Shown piece after piece: positions 11,816 to 22,007 of a stretch of DNA of 64,000 nt. The position numbers and the translations under genes were made by a program. The number at the start of each line of letters is the position of its first letter. The first letter of the stretch is position 1. The stretch covers positions 192,001 through 256,000 of the forward strand of contig CAWFQK010000002.1 of the NCBI GenBank assembly GCA_963817955.1, in the 5' to 3' direction. The DNA comes from an uncultured Gemmatimonadaceae bacterium. Its GTDB lineage: Bacteria; Gemmatimonadota; Gemmatimonadetes; Gemmatimonadales; Gemmatimonadaceae. The notes under the pieces are model-generated. The model made no database searches and had not been told where the DNA came from. It was given only the letters and a program-made list of their open reading frames with translations.

Positions 11816-12663
11816 TGCTCGCCACCCGCACGGCCCTGGCCGCATTCCGGCGCGCCCCTCTGCTCAGCCTCCTGAGTATCACCACCATCGCGTTCTCGCT
11901 CTTTGCGTTTGGCTTGTTTGGCCTCGTCGCGCTGAACATCCGGCAGGCGCTCCAGCACGTTGAGGAACGCGTCGAGATCCGCGCCTTTGTTGCAGACCGC
12001 ACGCCCGTGGAGCGCACGACCCTCGCCTCCGACGAGATCGCGAAGTATCCCGAAGTGCTCAAGGTGGACATCGTGACGCAGGAGCAGGCACTCGATCGGG
12101 CACGCAAGGAGCTCGGCGAGTTCAAGGATGTATTCGACGGCGAGTTCCTGCCCGCCTCGCTCGATGTGAAGCTCAAGCCGGGATTCCGTGATCCTGCCAC
12201 GGTACGAAAGATCGCCGACCGCCTGCGTGGCTACGACTTCGTGGACGACGTACGCTTCGGCGAGGAGTGGATCACGCAGCTCTACCGGCTCCGCAACATC
12301 GCCGGTGTCGCCGGTGCGGCACTCGGCCTCGCGTTCGCGGCCGTGGCAATCATCATCATTGGCGCCACCATTCGCATGGCCATCCTTGCGCGCAGTAAGG
12401 AGATCTCGATCATGCGCCTGGTCGGGGCCACGGACAGCTTCATTCGCCGCCCATACCTCATCGAAGGCTCGATCAAAGGCATACTTGGCGGCGTGCTGGC
12501 GCTCGCGCTGACCTACTTCGCAATGCGGGTCCTCGAGCAGTACCTCCACTTCGAGACCGTCTTCTTCGACCGGCGCCTCGCCACCCTCGGCATTCTGTTC
12601 GGCGCACTCATGGGCTTGTTGGGCAGCGCGGTGTCGGTCGGTCGGCATCTTCGGCAGGTGTGA
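11815..12663 (+). CDS. ftsX: Cell division permease FtsX
   Basis: 1+3 TM topology; ARSKEISIMRLVGATDSFIRRPYLIEG. Confidence 0.93.
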   Translation: MLATRTALAAFRRAPLLSLLSITTIAFSLFAFGLFGLVALNIRQALQHVEERVEIRAFVADRTPVERTTLASDEIAKYPEVLKVDIVTQEQALDRARKELGEFKDVFDGEFLPASLDVKLKPGFRDPATVRKIADRLRGYDFVDDVRFGEEWITQLYRLRNIAGVAGAALGLAFAAVAIIIIGATIRMAILARSKEISIMRLVGATDSFIRRPYLIEGSIKGILGGVLALALTYFAMRVLEQYLHFETVFFDRRLATLGILFGALMGLLGSAVSVGRHLRQV

Positions 12664-12666
12664 GCC

Positions 12667-13911
12667 GTGGCGCGTAGAGCGCGACGAGTGCTGAAGGGCC
12701 CCGGTGCGTGGGTTCGGCGGGCGATCGTCGTCGCGGCCGGAGTGTTGGCCATGATGTCCGTCACGGCTCGCTGTTCGCCCCTCCTCGCCCAAGACAAGAT
12801 CCGCGCACAGCGCGACACGCTCGAACGCATTCGGCGCGAGCGCGAGGAACTACAGCGTCACGCCGCGGAGCTCCGCACAACGGTCCACGATCTGAACGAC
12901 GAGGTGACGAACCTCGATCGTCGCGCGGCCGTCACGGCACGCATCGTCAAGACGCTCAACTCGCAGCTCACCGCGATCAGCGCTGACGTCAACGATGCGG
13001 CGAACAAAGTCAACACCACCGAGACCGAGCTGGCGGCGAAGAAAGCCGCCCTGCGGCGCCGGTTGATCGACATCTACAAGCGTGGACCGCTGTACACGAC
13101 AGAGGCGATGCTCTCGGCGCGGTCCTTCGGCGAGCTCGTGGCTCGGTACAAATACCTGCATCTGCTCGCGCTGCACGATCGCTCACTGGTCGGTCGCGTC
13201 GAGGAATTACGCGATCAGGTGCAGCGCGAACACGACCGGCTCATGACGCTGCAGAACGCTCTCGAGGAAAATCGCACCGACAAGCAGCGCGAGGAGGAAA
13301 CACTGCGCGCGCTCGAGCGCGAGCGGGCGTCCAGCCTCGTGCAGACCAAGCGACAATCGAAGCAGACGGAAGATCGGTTGGACCGTCTCAAAGCCACGGA
13401 AACACAGCTCACGAACGCGATCGCCGTCCTCGAGGCCGAGCGCCTGCGCGCCGAGCGCCTGCGCACCGAGCGCCGTCCGAGCGCCGCGCGCGCGGCGAGC
13501 ACGATCAAGACGAGCGACTACGGCAAGCTCGATTGGCCGGTCGAGGGAACCCTCCTGTACACCTATGGCAAGGCACAGACGGCGAGCAACACCACTATTC
13601 GCTGGAACGGTGTCGGCATCAAGGCGACGGTCGGCACAGGCGTTCGATCCGTGGCAGCGGGCAAAGTGGTGAGCGTGCGCCAACTGGGCACGTACGGTCT
13701 CACGGTGATCATCGATCACGGCGGCGGCGACTACTCCATCTACGGCTCGCTGGCTCGCGCCGACGTGCGCGAGCAGCAGACCGTCACCAAAGGCCAGGTG
13801 ATCGGAGGCGTCGGAATTTCCGACCCTGATCTGCCGCCGCACCTGCATTTCGAGATCCGGCATGGCGGACCCGCGGTCGATCCGGCGAACTGGTTGAGGG
13901 GGGAGCGGTAG
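12667..13911 (+). CDS. envC: EnvC-like murein hydrolase activator (coiled coil plus M23 domain)
   Basis: Long coiled coil; WPVEG, YGLTVIIDHG, HLHFEIR; follows ftsEX. Start uncertain. Confidence 0.85.
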   Translation: MARRARRVLKGPGAWVRRAIVVAAGVLAMMSVTARCSPLLAQDKIRAQRDTLERIRREREELQRHAAELRTTVHDLNDEVTNLDRRAAVTARIVKTLNSQLTAISADVNDAANKVNTTETELAAKKAALRRRLIDIYKRGPLYTTEAMLSARSFGELVARYKYLHLLALHDRSLVGRVEELRDQVQREHDRLMTLQNALEENRTDKQREEETLRALERERASSLVQTKRQSKQTEDRLDRLKATETQLTNAIAVLEAERLRAERLRTERRPSAARAASTIKTSDYGKLDWPVEGTLLYTYGKAQTASNTTIRWNGVGIKATVGTGVRSVAAGKVVSVRQLGTYGLTVIIDHGGGDYSIYGSLARADVREQQTVTKGQVIGGVGISDPDLPPHLHFEIRHGGPAVDPANWLRGER

Positions 13912-13957
13912 GGCGGCTCGACCGCTAACGCTCCACCGCTCCGCGTATATTCCCACC

Positions 13958-14938
13958 ATGCCCCGGTCACGAAACGCTGCACCAGCTGAGAAGACCACGG
14001 TGAAGAAGCCGGCATTCAACCCCAAGACGGACAGTGCGACTGATCCGACTTGGGTACCGCCCGTGTGGGATGATGACGTCCTCCTTGGTGCGCACGTGTC
14101 GATCGCTGGAGGCACGCACCAGGCGCCGGCACGTGCGCGGGCGATTGGCGCCAGCGCCATGCAGATCTTCACGAAGATGGCCAACCGCTGGGCCGAGCGG
14201 ATATGCGAGGAGGACGAATGCCGCTCGTACCAGGCGGCGCTGGGCGCGACACGCGTGCGCGCAACGGTGGCCCACGATTCGTACCTGATCAACCTCGCCA
14301 GCCCCGACGAAACACTGCGACGACGGTCGATCGAATCGTTCGTCGCTGAGCTGCAGCGGTGCGAGGCGCTGGGAATCACGTATCTCGTGTCCCACCCTGG
14401 GAACTACATCGACGAGCAAATGTCAGGCATCGCACGCAATGCCGACGCGATCACCGAGGCGCTGGCACGGGTACCGGGGCATACCGTACTCTGCATGGAG
14501 ACCACCTCGGGAAGCGGCACGGCCATCGGGTCGACCTTCGAGGACTTGGCCGCGCTGCTCGGCGGAGTGTCTCAGGAGCATCGGTCGCGTGTCGCCATCT
14601 GCGTCGATACCTGCCATGCCTACTCCGCTGGGTACGATCTCGTGAACGACTACCAGGACGTCTGGGCCCGCTTCGACGGTGTGCTGGGACTGGACCACCT
14701 GAAGGTGCTGCACCTCAATGACTCGAAGACTGCATTCAATTCCAGACGGGACCGCCACGAGTTGATCGGGGAAGGTTCCCTGGGCGAGATCGCTTTCCGG
14801 CAAATTATGAACGACCAGCGGATGAGCCGTGTACCAAAGGTGATCGAGACGCCAAAGGGCACCGACCCCACGGCCACCGATGCCCGGATGCTGGCCAGAC
14901 TGCGCAGCTACCTTGAGAACCGTCCGCCAGCACTTTGA
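13958..14938 (+). CDS. nfo: Endonuclease IV
   Basis: LGAHVSIAGG, HDSYLINLASP, HPG, CVDTCH, HLNDSK, DRHE.IGEG, IETP. Confidence 0.95.
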   Translation: MPRSRNAAPAEKTTVKKPAFNPKTDSATDPTWVPPVWDDDVLLGAHVSIAGGTHQAPARARAIGASAMQIFTKMANRWAERICEEDECRSYQAALGATRVRATVAHDSYLINLASPDETLRRRSIESFVAELQRCEALGITYLVSHPGNYIDEQMSGIARNADAITEALARVPGHTVLCMETTSGSGTAIGSTFEDLAALLGGVSQEHRSRVAICVDTCHAYSAGYDLVNDYQDVWARFDGVLGLDHLKVLHLNDSKTAFNSRRDRHELIGEGSLGEIAFRQIMNDQRMSRVPKVIETPKGTDPTATDARMLARLRSYLENRPPAL

Positions 14939-14964
14939 CTGGCTCGTCCGTACGATCTACTGGA

Positions 14965-15312
14965 ATGCCATCTCGATCCGTCGCCGCCCACTCGGCCCGA
15001 CACTGGTTGCTCACCGTCATTGCCTTTATCGCGATGGCGGCGCAAGTCGTCGTGGCCATAGCGCCCCTGACGGAAGGGCGCGACGGGCGCTACGCGTCGC
15101 ACATCGAGACTGACGGCACGCATCTCCACTTCGCGCACAACGATGCCACCTGTGCCGCCTGCCAGGCGCGATCGATTCATGGCACGGCCGCACGTGAACC
15201 AGCGCGCCTCGTAGCCTCGGGCGGTCACGCGTTCATAACGCTGTGGATCGCGAATAGTGCAGAGCCGGCGATCCGTTTTTCACAGGACAATCCCCGCGCG
15301 CCGCCGGTGTGA
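14965..15312 (+). CDS. DUF2946/CutF/CruR-like leader protein (signal or TM segment, His-rich CxxC, C-terminal RAPP)
   Basis: WLLTVIAFIAMAAQVVVAIAP ... HIETDGTHLHFAHNDATCAACQ ... NPRAPPV-stop, 51 nt upstream of the TolC gene. Confidence 0.75.
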   Translation: MPSRSVAAHSARHWLLTVIAFIAMAAQVVVAIAPLTEGRDGRYASHIETDGTHLHFAHNDATCAACQARSIHGTAAREPARLVASGGHAFITLWIANSAEPAIRFSQDNPRAPPV

Positions 15313-15350
15313 GCTGACCCGTTTGTTGTAGTGGTTTGCGTCAGTTCACA
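15308..15350 (+). promoter_or_regulatory. mRNA stem-loop overlapping the leader ORF stop codon, just upstream of the TolC initiation region
   Basis: TGTGAGCTGAC (15308-15318) pairs with GTCAGTTCACA (15340-15350): 11 bp with one G-U; ATG at 15364. Confidence 0.6.
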
Positions 15351-15363
15351 ATTTAGAGACAAC

Positions 15364-16632
15364 ATGCGCCTTTTTATGGGATTGTGCGCGCTTGCCGTGT
15401 GCGGCAGCGCCGCGTCCGCGCAGCAGCGCGCGGACGATTCATTACGTCTGTCCCGACGCCAAGCCGTCGCCGAAGCACTGGTGCGCAACGCGCAGCTCGA
15501 AGTCGCGCGCGAGCAAACCGCCGAGGCGCGCGCGCGACGCGTGCAGGGCATCGCCATTCCCGATATGACGCTGTCCGCAGCGTTCGATCAGGCTCCGGGA
15601 CCGTTCACGTTCGGGGCGGCGGGCTCTCGCCCCGTAGCCTTGGGATTGGGGATTCCCTTTCCGGACAAGTTCCGGCTGAACAACCGCATCGGTCTGGCTG
15701 GCATTCGGCAGAGCGAATCGAACTACCGACTGCAACAGCAGACCATAGCCAATCAAACATCGGCCACGTATGACTCGCTGCTCGCGGCGTTCAAACACCG
15801 CGAGAGTCTTCTCGAAGCCCAGACGCTGGCCCACGATTTTCTCACGCGGACGCAGGCTCGCTACAACGCCGGGAGCGCGGCGCGACTGGACGTCATTCAG
15901 GCGCAGGTTGGCGTGGCGCAGGCCGCCAATGATCTGATCTCCAACGAGCGCGACCTGGCCAACGCGCAAGCCTCGCTCAACCGAACACTCGGCCGCGTCA
16001 TCGGCGCCCCGATCGCACCCACCGACTCGCTCGGCGTGCCACCACCGCTCCCCGACTCGGCGGGAATCGAGTCCATTGCGCTCGCCAACCGCCCGGAATT
16101 GGCGATGATCGAAAGCCAGCAACAGGGCGCACGCGCCACTACCAGCCTGACGAAAGAGTTCTGGTTGCCCGACCTCAATTTTTCGGTGCAGCGCGACTAT
16201 GCGCAGCCAGGCTCACCGTTGTTCACGACCGGCTTTTCGCTCCCACTTCCTGCGTTCTATTGGCAACACGCCAAGGGCGACATCGCCGTCGCTCAGCACT
16301 TCGAGAAAGAGCTTGCCGCGAGCTACCGCGATACGCGAGCCCAGGTCACGCAGGACGTCCGCTCGGCATACGCCAACGCCAGCACGGCAATGCGGCAGGT
16401 GGTTTTCATCCGCGACGAGCTCGTCCCCGCGGCGCGCGACGCGTACCGCGTCGCCTCCACCAGCTACAGCCTGGGCGGGTCCTCGGCACTCGAAGTCATC
16501 ACTGCACGCACAGCCCTTCTCCAAGCGGAGAGTCAGCTCGCTGACGCCCTCGCTGCCGCCAATACCGCCCGCGCCGATCTGGACCGCGCGCTCGGCGTCA
16601 CCATTCCGCCGCTGGGAGCTTCCAATCGATGA
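15364..16632 (+). CDS. TolC/CzcC family outer membrane efflux protein
   Basis: Signal peptide; two OEP repeats (RYNAGSAARLDVIQAQV; SYSLGGSSALEVITAR). Confidence 0.9.
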   Translation: MRLFMGLCALAVCGSAASAQQRADDSLRLSRRQAVAEALVRNAQLEVAREQTAEARARRVQGIAIPDMTLSAAFDQAPGPFTFGAAGSRPVALGLGIPFPDKFRLNNRIGLAGIRQSESNYRLQQQTIANQTSATYDSLLAAFKHRESLLEAQTLAHDFLTRTQARYNAGSAARLDVIQAQVGVAQAANDLISNERDLANAQASLNRTLGRVIGAPIAPTDSLGVPPPLPDSAGIESIALANRPELAMIESQQQGARATTSLTKEFWLPDLNFSVQRDYAQPGSPLFTTGFSLPLPAFYWQHAKGDIAVAQHFEKELAASYRDTRAQVTQDVRSAYANASTAMRQVVFIRDELVPAARDAYRVASTSYSLGGSSALEVITARTALLQAESQLADALAAANTARADLDRALGVTIPPLGASNR

Positions 16633-17786
16633 GATCTTCATTCGCTCGCGCCGTCGCGTTGAGTGCCGCCTACATGGCCGCATTCAGCGTCGGCGGGTGC
16701 ACCAAGGCCGCAAGCAAGCCCGCGGATTCCACCCAGGTATCGACCGGTGAGGCCGCCAATTTCACGGTGACCGCGGAACAGAGAAAGCGCATTCATGTGG
16801 TGACCGCGCAGGTCACGACATTCACTCCGGTCATCGAAGCGACAGGCAACGTCGCGTTCAACGGGGACAAGTCCACACAGGTGCTGTCCCCCGTTTCAGG
16901 TCCCGCCGTTCGAGTCGTTGGCAACGTCGGCATGAACGTGACCCGCGGTGAACCCCTCGCGTACGTGGCGTCGCCCGACTTTGCATCAGCCGTTGCCGCA
17001 TACCGAAAGGCGCAAAGCGCAGATCGTCAATCAAAGCGAGTCGCGGACCGGGACTCGGCGCTCTTCAAGAACGACGCAATTGCGCGCGCCGATCTCGAGC
17101 AAGCGCAGTCAGACGTCGCAGCGGCCGAGGCAGACCTCGAGTCCTCCATCCAGACGATGCGATCGCTGGGCGTAGAGGATGCTCAAATCGCGGCCATACG
17201 GGAGGGCCACTCGGCGTCGATCGAAGCAATCATTCGCTCGCCCATTACCGGAACGATCGTCGAGAAGCTGATTGCCGACGGCCAACTCTTGCAAGCCGGC
17301 ACGACGCAGACGTTCACGATCGCCGACTTGAGCACGGTGTGGGTGAACGCGAACATCTTCGCCAACGACGTCAGGGACGTTGCGGTGGGGCAGCCGGCGA
17401 TGATTCTCGCTGACGTCACTCAAACGCCCATTCCGGGACGCGTCGATTACATCGGTTCGCTCGCCGATCCGGGCACGAAGGCTGTCTCGGTGCGCCTGCT
17501 CGTCCCGAATGACAACCGCGTGCTGCGGAAGGACATGTTCGTCCGCGTCAAGATCACGTCGCGCGCCGAGCATCGCGGCATCCTCGTTCCGGCATCATCC
17601 GTTCTCCGCGACGAAGAAAATCTGCCGTTCGTGTTCCTCGCCGCGGCGGGCAACGGATTCGCACGGCGGCGAGTCACCCTGGGCACACGGGTCGGCGACT
17701 TGTACGAGGTGACCTCCGGTCTCGCAGCCGGTGACCAAGTCGTGGCGGAAGGCGCGCTCTTCCTCCAGTTCGCGGAAAGCCAGTGA
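16629..17786 (+). CDS. RND efflux periplasmic adaptor (CzcB/CusB-like), probable lipoprotein
   Basis: VGGC lipobox-like; IRSPITGTIVE, IADLSTVWV, GLAAGDQVVAEGA. Confidence 0.9.
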   Translation: MRSSFARAVALSAAYMAAFSVGGCTKAASKPADSTQVSTGEAANFTVTAEQRKRIHVVTAQVTTFTPVIEATGNVAFNGDKSTQVLSPVSGPAVRVVGNVGMNVTRGEPLAYVASPDFASAVAAYRKAQSADRQSKRVADRDSALFKNDAIARADLEQAQSDVAAAEADLESSIQTMRSLGVEDAQIAAIREGHSASIEAIIRSPITGTIVEKLIADGQLLQAGTTQTFTIADLSTVWVNANIFANDVRDVAVGQPAMILADVTQTPIPGRVDYIGSLADPGTKAVSVRLLVPNDNRVLRKDMFVRVKITSRAEHRGILVPASSVLRDEENLPFVFLAAAGNGFARRRVTLGTRVGDLYEVTSGLAAGDQVVAEGALFLQFAESQ

Positions 17787-20700
17787 CACACCCCGATCGT
17801 TCCGGCCGCGAGCTACCTCCGGTGGGAAGCGAACAGGGCCGGCATGGCCCTATTCAGCGTCTCGTCGTAGCTGCCGTAGGTCAACCGATTATCAGTGCGT
17901 TCATCATCGTCGCGATCATCGCCGTCGGCATCTTCTCGCTACGTCGGCTGCCGGTCGACGCGTATCCCGATGTCTCGTCGCCGAGCGTGGCCGTCACCAC
18001 CCAATGGTCCGGCCACGCAGCGGAAGAAATCGAGCGCCTGATCTCCGTGCCAATCGAGACGGAACTCAATGGGCTACCCAACTTGGTCGTGATGCGGTCG
18101 ATCTCGTTGTACGGTGTGTCGAGCATCCGCGTCACGTTTACCGACAACACCGACATCTACTTCGCGCGCCAACAAGTGCTCGAGCGGCTGGGCGGAGCGT
18201 CGTTGCCCAGCGGCGTGACGCCCGGATTGGAAGCGCCATTCTCGCCGTCAGGGCTCGTCTATCGCTACGTCCTGCAGAGTCCCGACCGGAGTCCCATGGA
18301 GCTGCACGTGCTCCAGGACTGGGTGCTGAGCAAGGCGTATCGGGCCGTGCCGGGCGTGGCCGATGTGGCGCTCCTGGGCGGTCAAACCATGGAATACCAC
18401 GTCGACGTGGACCCGACGCGGCTGGCGGGCGCCGGGCTATCGATTGACGATGTCGCCACGGCACTCGGCGCGAACAACTCCAACGCCGGCGGCGGATTCT
18501 ACTCCGAGGGCGGCCAATTCTTCTACGTCCGCGGACTTGGACGCGTCGTGACGCTCGAAGACATCGGCAACATCGTCATCGCGGTGAAGAACAGCGTTCC
18601 GGTGCTGATCAAGGACGTCGCGACCGTTGGGATCGGCGCCGCCCCGCGGCTCGGCGAGTTCGGCTTCATGAAGCAAGACGACGCCGTCGAAGGCATCGTG
18701 CTCATGCGACGGGGCGAACAGGCGCAGGTTGTCCTCAAGCGCGTCGAGGCGAAGACGCAGGAGCTCAACGACCATGTCCTTCCGAAGGATGTCAAAGTCC
18801 TTCCGTTCTACGATCGGAGCGATCTCGTCAAGCTGACCACGCGCACGGTGGCGGACAACCTGATTCGCGGCATCGTGCTCGTCGTGATCGTGCTGATCTT
18901 CTTCCTGTACGATCTCCGCTCGGGTCTCATCGTCGCCATCACGATCCCGTTATCCCTGCTGATCGCATTCATGTGCCTGGACCTCCGGCACATCCCCGCC
19001 AACCTGCTGTCCATTGGCGCAATCGACTTTGGAATTCTCGTCGACGGCGCCGTGGTCATGGTGGAAAACGTCTACCGGCAACTCGCGCGACGACACGGCA
19101 CGGTGTACCGGGTTCGCGACGTGGTGCTCGATGCCGCGTCCGAGGTCAATCGGCCAATCGTCTACGCCATCGCCGTGATCGTGGCCGGCTTCCTACCGAT
19201 CTACGCGTTGACCGGGCCCTCAGGCAAGCTGTTCACGCCCATGGCCGACACGACGATCTACGCATTGATCGGCGCGCTGTTCCTCACGCTCACCGTGGTC
19301 CCGGTACTCTGCGTGTGGGTGCTGCGGAAGGGCGTCCAGGAGCGCCGGAATCGGCCGTTCGAGTGGATTCGCGACCAGTACGCCACCGGCCTTGATTGGT
19401 GCCTGCGGCACGTGCGCGCCACGATCGGAGCGTCCGTGGTGATCCTCGCCATTTCCATCGGCATCGCGATGTCACTCGGCGGCGAATTCATGCCGAAGCT
19501 CGACGAGGGGGCGATCTGGGTGCGCGCCACCATGCCCTACACGATCTCCTTCGAGGCATCGGCGCAAATCGTGCCGCAGGTGCGTGCCGTATTGATGAGC
19601 TTCCCCGAGGTCACGACGGTAGCGTCGGAGCACGGGCGTGACGACGCCGGCACGGATCCCATCGGGTTCTACAACGCCGAATTCTACGTCGGACTGAAGC
19701 CATACGGTGATTGGAAGGGCCCGTACCACTCAAAGAACGAGCTGATCGACGCCATGCAGAAAAAGCTGGCGGTCTTTCCAGGCATCACCTTCAACTATAC
19801 GCAGCCGGCAGAAGACGCCGTCGACGAGGCTCTCACGGGTCTCAAGAGTTCGCTGGACGTCAAAGTGTTTGGCACGGATCTGGGCCTCCTGGAGCAGAAG
19901 GGACGTCAGATCAAGGCCATCATCGAGCGCGTGCCCGGGATCACTCACGTGACGCTCGTTCAGGAGTTGGGCCAGCCCAGCCTCACGGTCTCGGTCGATC
20001 GGGCAAAGCTCGCGCGATACGGTCTCAGTTCGGACGCCGTCAACCAGTTGATCTCGGCGGCCGTTGGTGGAACAGCGGCGACCCAGGTGGTTCAAGGGGA
20101 GCGGACGTTCGATCTCGTGGTGCGCCTGCAAGAGCAGTATCGCGCGAATCCAAACGAGATTGGCAACATTCTCATCGCCACGCCCGACGGCAACCAGGTG
20201 CCACTCCGCGAGGTGGCCGACATCCAGGTCGCGAATGGCGCGTCATTTATTTACCGGCAGGACAACTCGCGATACATCGGCGTGCAGTACTCGGTTGAGG
20301 GACGCGACTTGGCCAGCGCGGTCGACGAAGCGCAAGCCGCGGTCGCCAAGCAAGTCAAGATGCCCACCGGCTACTCGACCCGATGGGGCGGCGAATTCGA
20401 ACAGTACAACGCGTCACACGCGCAGATCGACGTCGTGGTTCCACTCACGGTCATCCTCGTGTTCGGCATCCTGTTCCTCTTGTACAAGAATTTCAAGTTT
20501 CCGCTCATCACCGTGCTTGGGGTCATCCTCTCCGGTCCGATTGGCGGATTGCTGGCCCTCCGCCTCACTGGAACCCCGTTGTCGGTGTCGTCGATGATCG
20601 GATTCCTGGCGCTGTTCGGCGTGTCCGTGCAGACGGCCGTGGTCTACATCTCCTACGCCAACGAGCTGCGCCTGGGAGGACAGAGTATCGTCGACGCGAC

Positions 20701-20926
20701 GCGCGCTGCGGCGTTACTCCGACTCCGGCCGATCATGATGACCGCGCTCGTCGCCGCGCTCGGGTTGTTGCCGGCTGCGTTGGCGACCGGCGTCGGCTCG
20801 AGCACACAGAAGCCGTTCGCGCTGGTCATCGTGGGCGGATTGTTCTCACGGCTCTTGATCAGCGTGTTCCTCATGCCCGTCCTGTACACGATGGCGGCAC
20901 GCGAAGGAGATCATCTGGAGGTGTGA
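17783..20926 (+). CDS. CzcA/CusA family heavy-metal RND efflux transporter
   Basis: 1047 aa; LPVDAYPDV, HME signature GAIDFGILVDGAVVMVEN, GGEFMPKLDEG, RLRPIMMTALVAALG. Confidence 0.95.
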   Translation: MTHPDRSGRELPPVGSEQGRHGPIQRLVVAAVGQPIISAFIIVAIIAVGIFSLRRLPVDAYPDVSSPSVAVTTQWSGHAAEEIERLISVPIETELNGLPNLVVMRSISLYGVSSIRVTFTDNTDIYFARQQVLERLGGASLPSGVTPGLEAPFSPSGLVYRYVLQSPDRSPMELHVLQDWVLSKAYRAVPGVADVALLGGQTMEYHVDVDPTRLAGAGLSIDDVATALGANNSNAGGGFYSEGGQFFYVRGLGRVVTLEDIGNIVIAVKNSVPVLIKDVATVGIGAAPRLGEFGFMKQDDAVEGIVLMRRGEQAQVVLKRVEAKTQELNDHVLPKDVKVLPFYDRSDLVKLTTRTVADNLIRGIVLVVIVLIFFLYDLRSGLIVAITIPLSLLIAFMCLDLRHIPANLLSIGAIDFGILVDGAVVMVENVYRQLARRHGTVYRVRDVVLDAASEVNRPIVYAIAVIVAGFLPIYALTGPSGKLFTPMADTTIYALIGALFLTLTVVPVLCVWVLRKGVQERRNRPFEWIRDQYATGLDWCLRHVRATIGASVVILAISIGIAMSLGGEFMPKLDEGAIWVRATMPYTISFEASAQIVPQVRAVLMSFPEVTTVASEHGRDDAGTDPIGFYNAEFYVGLKPYGDWKGPYHSKNELIDAMQKKLAVFPGITFNYTQPAEDAVDEALTGLKSSLDVKVFGTDLGLLEQKGRQIKAIIERVPGITHVTLVQELGQPSLTVSVDRAKLARYGLSSDAVNQLISAAVGGTAATQVVQGERTFDLVVRLQEQYRANPNEIGNILIATPDGNQVPLREVADIQVANGASFIYRQDNSRYIGVQYSVEGRDLASAVDEAQAAVAKQVKMPTGYSTRWGGEFEQYNASHAQIDVVVPLTVILVFGILFLLYKNFKFPLITVLGVILSGPIGGLLALRLTGTPLSVSSMIGFLALFGVSVQTAVVYISYANELRLGGQSIVDATRAAALLRLRPIMMTALVAALGLLPAALATGVGSSTQKPFALVIVGGLFSRLLISVFLMPVLYTMAAREGDHLEV

Positions 20927-20966
20927 GCGCCTTCGCGAGACGCGGCAAGCTCGATAGCTTTCGGCC

Positions 20967-22007
20967 GTGAAGCGGACACCTGGCGTGATCAACAACGAAA
21001 AGACCGATGATCGAAGGCGGATCGTCGGTCTTTTTGCGTTACTCGTGGTGGCGAATATCGGCGCGTGGGCATGGGCGCTGATCGCCTTTCGCCGCTATCC
21101 ACTGCTGTTGGGCACCGCACTCCTCGCCTATGGTCTGGGGCTGCGCCACGCGATCGACGCCGATCACATTGCCGCGATCGACAACGTCACTCGAAAGCTG
21201 ATGCAGGAGGGCCAACGTCCGATTGCCACCGGCTTCTTCTTCTCGCTCGGGCATTCGACCGTCGTGGTCCTGGCGTCGGTGGCCATCGCCGCCACAGCCA
21301 TGGCGCTCGGTACCCAGCTCGCCGCATGGCACGACGTGGGCGGCATCATCGGGACCAGTGTGTCCGCGCTCTTCCTGCTCGGCATTGCCGTGATGAACCT
21401 GTTCATCCTCGCGTCGGTGTACCGCGCATTCGACCGCGTGAAGGACGGTGGCGAGCTCGGCGACGGTGACCTGGATCTGCTCCTGAGTGGCGGCGGCTTG
21501 CTGGCGCGCATCTTCCGGCCGCTCTTCGGGATGATTCGTCGAAGCTGGCACATGTATCCGCTCGGTCTGCTGTTCGGATTGGGGTTCGACACCGCCACCG
21601 AAATCGGGGTCCTCGGCATCTCGGCGGCAGAGGCGGCAAAGGGCATGTCGATCTGGTCGATCATGGTGTTCCCTGCCCTCTTCACCGTTGGCATGTCGCT
21701 CGTGGACACGGCCGATAGCGTGCTGATGCTCGGCGCGTACGGGTGGGCCTATCGCAAGCCGATTAGAAAACTCTACTACAACTTCACCATCACGTTCATT
21801 TCGGTAGTCGTGGCACTGCTCGTCGGCGGAGTCGAGGCGCTGGGGCTGCTCGGACGCCGATTCGGATTCCAGGGGCCGTTCTGGAGCACCATTGCTGCGC
21901 TGAACGGTAACTTTGGAATCATCGGGTACCTGATCATCGGCATCTTCATCATGAGCTGGGCAGTATCGGCCCTCGTCTATCGCATGAAGACGTGGGATAA
22001 GGCTTAG
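20967..22007 (+). CDS. HoxN/NixA (NiCoT) nickel/cobalt permease
   Basis: GLRHAIDADHIAAID, FFSLGHSTVV, LFGLGFDTATE signatures. Confidence 0.95.
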   Translation: MKRTPGVINNEKTDDRRRIVGLFALLVVANIGAWAWALIAFRRYPLLLGTALLAYGLGLRHAIDADHIAAIDNVTRKLMQEGQRPIATGFFFSLGHSTVVVLASVAIAATAMALGTQLAAWHDVGGIIGTSVSALFLLGIAVMNLFILASVYRAFDRVKDGGELGDGDLDLLLSGGGLLARIFRPLFGMIRRSWHMYPLGLLFGLGFDTATEIGVLGISAAEAAKGMSIWSIMVFPALFTVGMSLVDTADSVLMLGAYGWAYRKPIRKLYYNFTITFISVVVALLVGGVEALGLLGRRFGFQGPFWSTIAALNGNFGIIGYLIIGIFIMSWAVSALVYRMKTWDKA

